Source: Acidobacteriaceae bacterium | GTDB lineage: Bacteria; Acidobacteriota; Terriglobia; Terriglobales; Acidobacteriaceae | Length of the DNA stretch: 53,889 bases | Assembly: GCA_030040935.1 (NCBI GenBank) | Contig: JASHSG010000135.1 | Span: 1-53,889, forward strand | Reading direction: 5' to 3' | Shown: positions 44,942 to 53,889 of the stretch, piece by piece | How the letters are laid out: every line of letters starts with the position of its first letter | How positions within the stretch are numbered: position 1 is the stretch's first letter | Notes under the pieces: generated by a model | Databases searched by the model: none | The model's input: only the letters and a program-made list of their open reading frames with translations | Told to the model about the DNA's origin: nothing | Translations under genes and position numbers: made by a program

Positions 44942-46132
44942 TCAGCTCGTTGGCTCCGATTTCGGACGCAGAAATCTGCGCGCCGGCTGCTCGATGAATT
45001 TGAACGTGAGCAGCGAAGCGGCGATGGCCGCTCCCACTGAAAGCACGACCCGAACTGGCAAGGGCGCGTGGGTTACCGCCGCGAAGACACTGGATACAAC
45101 GAAAGAATGCAGCAGGTAGAGGCTGTAGCTGGCTTCGCCGAGATACACGAGCGGGGGAAGGGCCAGCAATCGCGTCCATCGCGGTTCTAACGCGACTCCA
45201 TAAATGATGGCGGCGAATGCGGGCGAGAGCAGGCCCGTGGAAATGACGGGATTGGGAATCCTGTCCGCGAAAATGGTGACCAGGACGATTCCCAAAACGC
45301 CACTTAGAATGCATTGGGCGCCAAACCTGCGGCTTCGCTGGCCGGAGAGAAACAGACGGCAGGTCAGCATGCCGACAACGAACTCGGGCAGGCGAACGAG
45401 CGGATTGAAGCTAAGAATGTTCTTCCAAAACAGGTTGGTCTCTGTCGAATCGATGTTGGCGGCTCCATCGGGATGGAGGGCTATGTAAGCCGCAGATATC
45501 GCGAGGCTGACGAGCCAGGTTCCGGCAATCAGGAACAGTAGGCGGCGGCGCGAAAAAGGTTGTGTGCGGCCCGGCAGAAACGGAAACAGCGCATAGAAGA
45601 AGGCTTCAACGGAGAGACTCCAGCAGACGGGGTTCCAGGTCAAGGCGCCCTGCGGAACCCAGGATTGAAGGAGCGTGAGAGCGAGGATTGACGCGAGGAA
45701 CAGGTGCTGCATGCTCCAGGCGAAGAAGGGGAGATTCAAGCGCCTCGCTGTCAGGAAGAAGAAGGGAGCGGTGACGGCGAGAGAAAAAAGATATGCAGGA
45801 TAGATTCGCGCAAAACGCGCCTGCCAAAATCGCCGCGGATCGAGGTGGCCAGCCGCATAGGTGTAAACGAGGATGAAACCGGAAAGGACGAAGAAGAAAT
45901 TGACTCCGACGTAGCCGATGGAGGCAAAATTCTGGTACCACCGGGGCCCGCCAGTGACAATTCCCTCGACCTGGAGGTGGAAGAGAATGACATGAAACGC
46001 GGCGAAGAAGCGCAGGGTTGTGAGCCCTTCGAGGCGGAGGCGGGCGGCAGGTTGGCTTGGCGCGATGGGTTCCGGTTGATCTGCGGTTTTTGACGCGAAG
46101 GACAAAACCGGATTGGACCCCTGAGCCGCCAT
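44942..46132 (-). CDS. Acyltransferase family 3 (OafA-like) membrane protein
   Basis: LTTLRFFAA..V...H, GVNFFFVLSGF, RFARIYP, WSLSVEAFFY, GEASYSLYLLH and IEQP. Confidence 0.92.
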   Translation of the reverse strand: MAAQGSNPVLSFASKTADQPEPIAPSQPAARLRLEGLTTLRFFAAFHVILFHLQVEGIVTGGPRWYQNFASIGYVGVNFFFVLSGFILVYTYAAGHLDPRRFWQARFARIYPAYLFSLAVTAPFFFLTARRLNLPFFAWSMQHLFLASILALTLLQSWVPQGALTWNPVCWSLSVEAFFYALFPFLPGRTQPFSRRRLLFLIAGTWLVSLAISAAYIALHPDGAANIDSTETNLFWKNILSFNPLVRLPEFVVGMLTCRLFLSGQRSRRFGAQCILSGVLGIVLVTIFADRIPNPVISTGLLSPAFAAIIYGVALEPRWTRLLALPPLVYLGEASYSLYLLHSFVVSSVFAAVTHAPLPVRVVLSVGAAIAASLLTFKFIEQPARRFLRPKSEPTS

Positions 46133-46254
46133 CGACGCCTCTTCCAGGACGCATTATCGCTTGCCTCTCCGAAAACTGACAATCAACAGAACCCGAATGC
46201 ACGATGGACTTTGAGGGCGGGAAACCGGTCCGAGGCGCGACATTCAATCGAAAA

Positions 46255-49200
46255 CTAAAGCGTGACGCTGTTGTTCATCAGCGTGATCTCCGGAACGTCC
46301 CCGCCGCACTCGACAGTGACGGTTGCGCCTTTCAGCGCCGCGCCGGAGGGAATGGACAGCGTCACTTCGGTGGTTTTCGGCGTGAGGTCGAGGGGGGCTT
46401 TGAGTGCGGGAACGTCTGCTGACGCGATGGTCTTGCCGGCTTTGTCGCGGAGAACGACTTTCGAGGCCGGTGCGTCGACCGAACCGACGCTGTGCACGGT
46501 GACAGTCATGCGCGCACCGTCGATTTTTATGTCTTCGGGATCGATGCCGAGATCGGGACGCGACCAGTAAGGCGTTCCCTTGGTTTTGAGCGTGAGATCG
46601 ATGACCGTGGTGGTGCGCGGCGCGAAGGTGAGGTCGATGGATTTGCTGCGCTCGAATGCAACTGTCTGTGTGGCGAGATTCTGGACCGGCGCATCAGCGG
46701 CGGGAGGCGCGTTTCCGATGCCGGCTTGCGTTCCTTGCGTCATGGTCCACTCGCCGGGATCGACTTCCCAGCCGGTCATGTGCGCGGTCACGGAAACGCG
46801 ATCGAGATTGTAGGCGATGATCTTGACGTGATCGGGCGTGGCGACGGGAACGAGGATGGCGACACTCTGGTCGTCGGCCGGCGCGTCGAAACGCCAGCTG
46901 ACGGCATTGCCGGGGTAGCAGTAGTTGCGCATGAGCGCGACGCCGCCGAGGCGCGAGCGCTGCAGTTCGCCATTGTTGAAGTAAATGCGATCGATCCAGA
47001 GGCTGCCTTCAGTGTTGATGAATTCACGTTCTTTGGCGGTTTGAATCTGCGCGGCGTAGACCTTTTCGAGGTACGAGGTGTCGCCGGTGGCTTGCCAGGC
47101 AAGCTGCCAGAGTGTTTCGCTGGGCTGTGCGATGCCGGAGGGCCCGCTTACTTTGGCGGCCGCGGCAATGAGCGGATTGGCCTGCGATTTGCGGAGGTCG
47201 AGCATGTCGAGCGTGTCGGCGTTGACCTGCTGCATCGATTCCATGGGCGAGTCGATGAAAGGCTGGACGTATTTCGGATCGCCGGTCCAGCGATAGGCGG
47301 CCCAGAGAATAAACCATGCGCGCATGCCGGTGGGCTTGTCTTCGTCGGATTTGAAGTTGACTTCAAGATGCAGCACCGGCTTGCCATCGGGGCCGGGCCT
47401 GTAGTGAGCGAGTATGCCGTCGGCGAGCTCGAGCATCATTTTGCGCGTCTCAGGCATACCGTTGAAGAGCACGAGCGAGAGCGCGGGCTGAAAGTCCATG
47501 TAAGAGTTTTCCTTCGACCAGCCCCAGACGCCGCCGGTGGCCATTTTGGCGCCGTTGAAGTAGTTGGAGCGCACGTGGCGATGGCCGGCATCGTTGATGC
47601 CGGTGAGCCACTCGAGACGTTTGGCGGTGACCATAGCGCGCTCGATTTGTTTCGGACTGCCAAAGTCGAGGAGCATGTTTTCGCCGAGAACGTTGAGGCC
47701 GTCTTCATAGCTGTGCAGCTCGTCGGTCTGGATGGTGGCGAGGCCATTGGTAAACATGTGCTGCGCGTACATGGCGTCAAGCTCGCGCTGAAGCGAGGCT
47801 TTGAGCTTGTCGGGCGTGGAGCCCATCATGGCGAGGCCCGGCCACCACTCGCTGAAGTCGGAGTCATCGGAGAGGCCGCCGCCGAATTCGCCGTTAGAGA
47901 TCTGGCGATTGTCGATGTACCAGTTGATGAGTCGCTTGAGGTAGCCGAGGTCTTCAACCTGCAGGAAGGCCCACTGCGGCACACCTGGCGGCGCCTGCGG
48001 GACGATGAAGGGCGGGCGCGGCTGCTCGTGATTCATCTCGTGCCAGTAGTCGCGGGCCAGCTCGTTCTCGGGATCGACGCGCAAAAGGTCAGTGATGTCG
48101 CCGTCGAAGCGGTTGAAGAGGTTGAGGCGGCGCGAACTGACGGACTCCTCGACGAGGTTGGAGAATTCATCGCGCACCTGGGTGAGGCGGTCGGCGATGT
48201 GCTCGGGAAGCGCTTCTTTGTAGGGCTTGAAGATGAGGCGGATCTCGGCGCCTTCGAGAGTGGACGTGTCGAAGTCGGAGCTTTGCGCGGCGATGGTGAG
48301 GTAGAGGCTGCGGCCGTTGGGCAGGATGCGATCGCGCGTATCGAGCCAGAGTGTGTGCGGCGTGTTGGGCTTGACGGCGAAGGTGAAATAGAGCATGTCG
48401 CGCATGGGCCAGAGCGGATCTTTGATTTGGATGTTGAGAGGGATGACTCCGTCGGCGTTGGGTTGGAGGTTGAGCGGCGGAAGATCAATGGCGATGCCGT
48501 CGAGACCGGCGTCGATGTTCTCCCAGCCGTAGGAGTAGCCGTGGCTGTCAGTGACAAACTGCGAACGGAAATCGGCGGGAATGAGGATGTGGACGATGGG
48601 AAGGCCGCCTTGAGTGTCTTTGCGGCGCGTGCCGGGAGCGCCCGCGGGCATGGCCACCATGGTCATGCGCTCGTCTGATGGGAAACGGCCGGCGATGTAG
48701 TCGACCAGAGGCCTGGTGGAAGGATTGTCGGCGGGATTGATCTCGCTGGTGAGCTTGTAGCGAAGCGTGGCGACGCCGGTTGGCTCCATGCCGGGATGAA
48801 CGTAGTAGGCAGAGAGCTCGCCGATGGGCTGTTCTTGTTCGACATTCGTAAAGCGGATTTTCTGGCCTGTGATTGGCGTGTCGAACTGGTGATAGGTGAT
48901 CTCCTGGCCTTTGGGGCGAACGAAGAGCGTCGATTCGGAGTCGGCGGCTTTTTCCTTGTCGTGGGCAAGGAGGGTCCAGGTTCCAAATGCGCCGCCGGCG
49001 ATTTCGAGATGATTCCAGGGCTCATCGGGCATGTTGAAGGTGACGGTCTTGCCAGAGAGCGAGTAGCAATCCCAATCGGGCAGCTCGAAATAATCGTCGC
49101 GGCCGATGAGGCGCGAGCGGTTGTAGACGCCCGGCCAGGTGGTTTCGCGAATGCCGTCGGTGGCCCTCCACCACCACCGGTCAAGATCGTAAACATCGTG

Positions 49201-50214
49201 AATCTCGACCTTGCGGATGGTCGTGTACTCCTCGTTCAGCAGAACCGGATCGTCGCCGGGGCGATTCCAGCCATACTTCAGATCCCATTCCTGCTGCCAG
49301 TTTGTGGCGTGGCCAGAACCGGAATCGAAACGGCCCTCGGCAGGAACGATGGGCGCGGCCGCTTCAGCCGGTGGAGCGCCGGTAGCCACGGTGCGCACGA
49401 GGGGCGGAATGTCCTGGGGGATCTGATTTTTCGCGAGGCCGGCGATATTGGCGTCGGTCAGCATGCGGTCGTAGATGCGGAGCTCGTCGAGATCGCCGCC
49501 GCGATCGTAGCTGTATGAGCTTTCGACACCGGTCGGTCCGATAACGCGCGAGTGAGGACCGAACTGATCGAGGGCTGTATCAAAAAGGCCGGTGGCTTCC
49601 TTGGTGGCCATGAGCTTGCCGTCGATATAGAAGCGGATGCCGCTGGTTTCGTCCCAGGCGAGAGCGAGATGAACCCACTGGTCGGGCCTGGGGATCTCGG
49701 GCAGCTTGACAGAGACGCGCGTGCGGCCGAGGTTTACGTCGGTGACAAAAGCGTCGAAGCCATGGCCGTTCCAGTCGATGCGCAGCCACACGATATCCCA
49801 GCTGGAGTGATCGGCAAAGCCGACGCGGAAAACCGGGAACTCGGTTTCGTCGAGCGGATCGCGCGAGCGCCAGAAGAAAGAGAGCGTGCCGCGCTGCGCA
49901 TTGATGTTGCCGGGCGCCCAGTAAGAAAGCAGTTGATTGTTGCCGCACTGAATGTAGGAGCCGCTCACACCGTTGGGAAGAATTTTTACGTCGCGCTGAT
50001 AGTTGGGGACGGGATTGCCGCCGGCAGCGTAGTCCGCTATGAGGTCGTGATCGCCGGAAAGATAAAAAAGCAGGCCGGGCTCGGAGGCATGGGGATTGGG
50101 TGAAAGAGTTGAAGTGGTGATGGGCGGCGCATATTCCAGGGGTACCTGAGAGTGCGCAGCGTAGGCGAAGACAAACAAGGCAAATGCGTGGAGCGACAGA
50201 GTGTAAGGACGCAT
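46255..50214 (-). CDS. Large exported protein with LamG-like jellyroll domain and Ig/CARDB-like C-terminus (putative carbohydrate-active enzyme)
   Basis: RBS GGAGG, signal peptide, LamG signature WVHLALAWD...FYIDG...DELRIYDRML, aromatic/acidic helical middle; 1319 aa. Confidence 0.8.
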   Translation of the reverse strand: MRPYTLSLHAFALFVFAYAAHSQVPLEYAPPITTSTLSPNPHASEPGLLFYLSGDHDLIADYAAGGNPVPNYQRDVKILPNGVSGSYIQCGNNQLLSYWAPGNINAQRGTLSFFWRSRDPLDETEFPVFRVGFADHSSWDIVWLRIDWNGHGFDAFVTDVNLGRTRVSVKLPEIPRPDQWVHLALAWDETSGIRFYIDGKLMATKEATGLFDTALDQFGPHSRVIGPTGVESSYSYDRGGDLDELRIYDRMLTDANIAGLAKNQIPQDIPPLVRTVATGAPPAEAAAPIVPAEGRFDSGSGHATNWQQEWDLKYGWNRPGDDPVLLNEEYTTIRKVEIHDVYDLDRWWWRATDGIRETTWPGVYNRSRLIGRDDYFELPDWDCYSLSGKTVTFNMPDEPWNHLEIAGGAFGTWTLLAHDKEKAADSESTLFVRPKGQEITYHQFDTPITGQKIRFTNVEQEQPIGELSAYYVHPGMEPTGVATLRYKLTSEINPADNPSTRPLVDYIAGRFPSDERMTMVAMPAGAPGTRRKDTQGGLPIVHILIPADFRSQFVTDSHGYSYGWENIDAGLDGIAIDLPPLNLQPNADGVIPLNIQIKDPLWPMRDMLYFTFAVKPNTPHTLWLDTRDRILPNGRSLYLTIAAQSSDFDTSTLEGAEIRLIFKPYKEALPEHIADRLTQVRDEFSNLVEESVSSRRLNLFNRFDGDITDLLRVDPENELARDYWHEMNHEQPRPPFIVPQAPPGVPQWAFLQVEDLGYLKRLINWYIDNRQISNGEFGGGLSDDSDFSEWWPGLAMMGSTPDKLKASLQRELDAMYAQHMFTNGLATIQTDELHSYEDGLNVLGENMLLDFGSPKQIERAMVTAKRLEWLTGINDAGHRHVRSNYFNGAKMATGGVWGWSKENSYMDFQPALSLVLFNGMPETRKMMLELADGILAHYRPGPDGKPVLHLEVNFKSDEDKPTGMRAWFILWAAYRWTGDPKYVQPFIDSPMESMQQVNADTLDMLDLRKSQANPLIAAAAKVSGPSGIAQPSETLWQLAWQATGDTSYLEKVYAAQIQTAKEREFINTEGSLWIDRIYFNNGELQRSRLGGVALMRNYCYPGNAVSWRFDAPADDQSVAILVPVATPDHVKIIAYNLDRVSVTAHMTGWEVDPGEWTMTQGTQAGIGNAPPAADAPVQNLATQTVAFERSKSIDLTFAPRTTTVIDLTLKTKGTPYWSRPDLGIDPEDIKIDGARMTVTVHSVGSVDAPASKVVLRDKAGKTIASADVPALKAPLDLTPKTTEVTLSIPSGAALKGATVTVECGGDVPEITLMNNSVTL

Positions 50215-50384
50215 GAAGGACCTCCGGATTGGAGCTGCGGCCTGTGCGAGGCGTGCGCGTTGCCGGCACAAACTGGTCAGACCACTCCCACGGCATTGTG
50301 AAGGCTGGGGCGGTGAGTTGGCAAGGGAAGCGACTTTCCGCTGGCAGATCTTAGCCAGGATGTGCTGAGACAACGGAAGAGGAA

Positions 50385-50419
50385 AAGCTGGGAGCTGAGG
50401 GCTGTGAGCCGAAAGCCGC
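50385..50419. repeat. 7-mer tandem repeat directly after the argS stop
   Basis: AAGCTGG GAGCTGA GGGCTGT GAGCCGA AAGCCGC. Confidence 0.7.
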
Positions 50420-50421
50420 CC

Positions 50422-52452
50422 CTACATTGCCTCGGGGCTTTCGATGCCAAGCAGAGCGAGTGCGCCTGCGAGTTCGCGGAGGGCGATGGCGGCCGTGGCG
50501 AGCAGGAAAGCCTTGCGCCCAGGGTCTTCCTCCGTGAGGATGTGATGGCGGTGGTAGAAGTTGGCGAAATCCTGCGCGAGCTGGAAAGCGTGCCTGGCGA
50601 GATGAGCTGGCTCGGAAGTAGCGATGCACTGCTCCAGAACCAGGGAAAAACGGCCGGCGCGCAACCATAAGGCCCAGATGTCCTCGTTTTCGTCGCCCGT
50701 GAGACGTTTCTCGAGTTCCGCCGCTTCCGCCAGCGCCGCCAGCGCCGCTTCAGGCGTGGTGCTGCCTTTGCGGAAGATGTTGCGGATGCGGACGACGGCG
50801 TACTGAATGTAGGGGCCGGTCTCGCCTTCGAAGCTGAGCGCGTCTTTGAAGTCGAAAGCGATAACAGAGTTGCGCGTGAACTTGAGCATGAAGTAGCGCA
50901 GCGCTCCGATGGCGATCTGCTCGGCGATCTTCTGGCGCACGGCTGCAGCGGGCGAGGTTCCGCGCGCGTCGACTTCGGCACGCGTGGCGGCGATGAGTTT
51001 GTCGATCAGGTCGTCGGCTTTGACGCCGAAACCCTTGCGGCCGCTGACTTCGATGTAGGATTTTTGCTTGTCTTCTTGTGAAATCTCGTAGCCGAGCTCC
51101 TCCGCACAGCGGGGCGTGAGGGCGACCATCTCATAGCTGAAGTGAGTGTAGTGGTCGGCCTGATCGGTGTATCCCATGCCGCGGAGAGCCTGGATGACAT
51201 TGGCCTGCGGGTCTGACTGGCGGGCGTCGATGACGTTGTAGATGGCGGATGCGCCGCCGAATCGGGGATGATCGGGCTCGCCTGATTCAGCGGAGATCCA
51301 GCACTCGCGATCGGGGTAAGTGAAGAACCTCTTGTAGCCAAAATCGCGGCCGAGGAGGCCGAACTTCCAGAGGTGATATGCAATGTCCTTGCCGACGTAA
51401 GTGACGGTGCCGTTAGAGCGAACGATGACCTTGGCATCCTCGTCGATACCTTTCAAGCCGTCGTCCTCCGGACTGCCCTGGTTTTGGACAAGGTGCGCGG
51501 AAGAACCCGTCCTCCTCATCACCCAGCAGCCCTTGTTCTTGCCTTCGTTCTCGAAATAGAGCACCCCGGACTGCTTCAGCTTTTCAAAGGCCGCTTCCCA
51601 GAACTTGAGGTGCAGTATCTCGCTCTCGCGCGGCAGAAAGTCGTACTCGATGCCGAGGCGCAGCATGGTTTCAAGATGGCGGCGCAAGACGGCAGTTGAG
51701 ATGAGATCGGCAATCTCGGCGGTCTCGTTGCCGGCGTGCTCGATCAGGTGCAGCGTGTCGAGGCGCATTTGGCTGCGGCCGGCATTCTCTTCTGCGGTTC
51801 CCCCGGAGTACCACTGCGACGTGCGGGCGTAGAGGTCCCAGCAGTAGTAATCGATGCGCTCGCCCCTGCGCGCGAGCTCGGCGAGGAGCACACGAACTTC
51901 CGCGGCCGTTTTTTCTTCGAGGCGCAGGAAGCCGACAACGACATCAGCGACCTGGACGCCGGTGTTGTCAATGTAGTTCTGCACATCGACTTTGCTGCCG
52001 GCAGCGCGGAGGAGACGGACAAATGTGTCGCCGAGGATGGCATTGCGCAGATGGCCGATATGCGCGGCCTTGTTGGGATTGATGCTGGTATGCTCCACGA
52101 GCACGTGACCCTCGGCGTGAGGCAGGCCTTTGGGCGAGGCCTGGGGCTCGGACACCGCCACCATTTGCGCTGCTGCGCCGCGATCGAGATAGGCATTGAT
52201 ATACCCGGCGCCGGCAACTTCGAACCGGTCGAATCCCGCGAGTGGCCCGATCGCCAAAACGATCTCCTGGGCGATAACCTTCGGCGCCTTGCGCAGCTTG
52301 CGCGCCAGCTCGAATGCGATGGGCGTGGCGATTTCGCCAAGGCGCAAGTCGGGAGGGGACTCGAGGGGGATCGAGGCCATTTCCAGATCGTATTCTTCTT
52401 TGAGGACGGCGCGAAGGCGACGGCCCAGGCGCCTCTCCATTTCGAGTAGCAC
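50422..52452 (-). CDS. argS: Arginine--tRNA ligase
   Basis: VEHTSINPNKAAHIGHLRN, VSGRKG, FEGETGPYIQY, C-terminal LGIESPEAM. Start is GTG 52452 or ATG 52440. Confidence 0.97.
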   Translation of the reverse strand: MLLEMERRLGRRLRAVLKEEYDLEMASIPLESPPDLRLGEIATPIAFELARKLRKAPKVIAQEIVLAIGPLAGFDRFEVAGAGYINAYLDRGAAAQMVAVSEPQASPKGLPHAEGHVLVEHTSINPNKAAHIGHLRNAILGDTFVRLLRAAGSKVDVQNYIDNTGVQVADVVVGFLRLEEKTAAEVRVLLAELARRGERIDYYCWDLYARTSQWYSGGTAEENAGRSQMRLDTLHLIEHAGNETAEIADLISTAVLRRHLETMLRLGIEYDFLPRESEILHLKFWEAAFEKLKQSGVLYFENEGKNKGCWVMRRTGSSAHLVQNQGSPEDDGLKGIDEDAKVIVRSNGTVTYVGKDIAYHLWKFGLLGRDFGYKRFFTYPDRECWISAESGEPDHPRFGGASAIYNVIDARQSDPQANVIQALRGMGYTDQADHYTHFSYEMVALTPRCAEELGYEISQEDKQKSYIEVSGRKGFGVKADDLIDKLIAATRAEVDARGTSPAAAVRQKIAEQIAIGALRYFMLKFTRNSVIAFDFKDALSFEGETGPYIQYAVVRIRNIFRKGSTTPEAALAALAEAAELEKRLTGDENEDIWALWLRAGRFSLVLEQCIATSEPAHLARHAFQLAQDFANFYHRHHILTEEDPGRKAFLLATAAIALRELAGALALLGIESPEAM

Positions 52453-52574
52453 GCGAGAAAATTCCTCAGACTTCTCCGCTTGTTCAGTGCTAATTTTAAC
52501 AGGGCGAACTTTTTGCCCGAGTCTCGTTCCCCCGACCCATCGCCTCCGGCCACTTTGAAAGAAAGGAGAGGTGC

Positions 52575-53156
52575 ATGGAGACGTTTTTCAAACGATACGA
52601 AGAGGAAGCAAAGCGCGCTATCGACTCGGCGCGCAATGAAGCTTTGCTTCGGGGCGCAACCGCGATTTCGCCGGAACATCTGTTGCTCGGACTCAGCTGG
52701 GAAGAGAAGACCCGCGCGGCTGCGATCGCATCACTCAAGGATCGCCTGCCCAATCTCTGCGCGCGCCTCGGAACCCCGGTGCGCCCATGCAGCGCCAATC
52801 GGCACGACGTCGCAACCAACATTCCTCTCCACTCCGATACGAAAACCTCGCTTGCCTACGCGGCGCAGGAGGCGGAGCAGGAGCGAAGCAGGGCCATCGA
52901 CACGGATCACCTGCTTCGCGGCCTGCTGCATTTCTCGAATAAGGCGTCTGATGCGCTGAAGGCCGAAGGAATCGACCTGGCCGGAATGCGCGCCGCCGCA
53001 GAAAAACACCGTATTCAATTCCCATCGGCTCGGGCCTCAATGCGCTGGATGATTGGCCAGATATGGAGGATGGCCTGGCCGGTGGTGTGGAGGCTGGGTC
53101 TGGTGGCTGTTTTTGTGCTGGCAATTGTTCTCGCCATTTATTTTCTTCACCGTTAG
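52575..53156 (+). CDS. Stand-alone Clp N-terminal (double Clp-N) domain protein with C-terminal TM helix
   Basis: ARNEA...ISPEHLLLGL and AAQEA...IDTDHLLRGLL repeats; hydrophobic C-terminus; RBS AGGAGAGG. Confidence 0.85.
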   Translation: METFFKRYEEEAKRAIDSARNEALLRGATAISPEHLLLGLSWEEKTRAAAIASLKDRLPNLCARLGTPVRPCSANRHDVATNIPLHSDTKTSLAYAAQEAEQERSRAIDTDHLLRGLLHFSNKASDALKAEGIDLAGMRAAAEKHRIQFPSARASMRWMIGQIWRMAWPVVWRLGLVAVFVLAIVLAIYFLHR

Positions 53157-53286
53157 AAATCTGGCAGATGCGGAACCCCGATGCGCGCATTGCGACGCTC
53201 TGCGGCCGTCGTGCGATGCCGTAAGATGGAGAAGAATCGCTGCAGGCACAATTTTCATGCGTGTGCGCGAACGGATTGCACTGCCG

Positions 53287-53889
53287 ATGACAGTTTCCGG
53301 GCCGAATTCGAACCGCTTTTACCTGACCACGCCGATCTACTACGTGAATGCGCGGCCGCATCTGGGAACCGCGTACACGACCATCGTGTGCGACGCCATT
53401 GCCCGGCGCAAGCGCGCTCTGGGCATCGAGACTATGTTTTTGACCGGCACCGACGAGCACGCGCAAAAGGTTGAACGCAGCGCGAAGCTGGCCGGCCGCG
53501 CGCCCCAGGAGTTTGTGACGGAAATGGCGCAGCGGTTCCGCAACCTGTGGGACCGCATGGGGCTCTCCTACGATGACTTCATCCGGACGACGGAAGAGCG
53601 GCACAAGCGGGGTGTGAGAAAGCTGTTTTCCACTCTTTGCGAGCGCGGATTCATTTACAAAGGCTTCTACACCGGCCAGTACTGCGTGAGCGACGAGGCA
53701 TTCGTCGACGGCCCTCCGGGCACGCCTTGTCCTGACTGCGGGCGCATCACTGAGACCGTGAGCGAGGAGAATTATTTCTTCAAGCTCTCGGCGTTCGAGC
53801 GCAGACTGCTCGAGTTCTACGAGGCCAGTCCTGGGTTTATGGGCCCCGAATCGACACGGCGCGAGGTGATCAACTTCGTGCGCTCCGGG
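53287..53889 (+). CDS. metG: Methionine--tRNA ligase (5' part, truncated by window end)
   Basis: Not in the ORF track; translated by hand as MTVSGPNSNRFYLTTPIYYVNARPHLGTAYTT...FLTGTDEH...DFIRTT...YCVSDE...CPDC...EENYFFKLS. Confidence 0.96.
   Translation, partial: MTVSGPNSNRFYLTTPIYYVNARPHLGTAYTTIVCDAIARRKRALGIETMFLTGTDEHAQKVERSAKLAGRAPQEFVTEMAQRFRNLWDRMGLSYDDFIRTTEERHKRGVRKLFSTLCERGFIYKGFYTGQYCVSDEAFVDGPPGTPCPDCGRITETVSEENYFFKLSAFERRLLEFYEASPGFMGPESTRREVINFVRSG

Noticed and set aside
52485-52493. CAGTGCTAA as a CIRCE element near the Clp-N gene
   Set aside because: Only an imperfect half-site; no TTAGCACTC partner at 9-nt spacing.
1-53889. CRISPR array, tRNA/rRNA, transposase, integrase, prophage or defence island
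   Set aside because: No regularly spaced repeat-spacer units, cloverleafs or corresponding protein motifs were seen. The repeats present are dispersed or short-period.

Overview
GC-rich bacterial chromosomal segment, very probably Acidobacteriota (Acidobacteriaceae-like). This is inferred from the acidobacterial-type VWA protein, the long LptC/LptA protein, the Omp85-SurA-TamB cluster and the REP-like repeats. It is mostly core and envelope genes. In order: a TPP-riboswitch-controlled thiamine uptake/salvage operon (TonB receptor, APH-like kinase, PnuC); a CPBP protease / penicillin acylase / GT-C-like membrane protein / ispA / NAD-epimerase cluster; Omp85-SurA-TamB-BON; ECF sigma, anti-sigma and lon; a MoaD-MoaE fusion; VWA; Hfq-like and suhB; ferredoxin; recO-glyQ-glyS; lptC/A-lptB-rpoN; an acyltransferase; a 1319-aa secreted LamG protein; argS; a Clp-N membrane protein; and partial metG. 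I saw no tRNA, rRNA, CRISPR array, transposase or prophage. The most unusual signals are: (i) two families of short palindromic (REP-like) elements that occur between genes and also in frame inside proteins (RecO, a conserved hypothetical protein, the SurA-like N-terminus); (ii) degenerate 7/8-mer tandem repeats that form gene ends; (iii) a fully readable translational switch for the TPP riboswitch plus an extra competing palindrome; (iv) extra-long trans-periplasmic machines. All calls are by-eye motif recognition; no searches were run.
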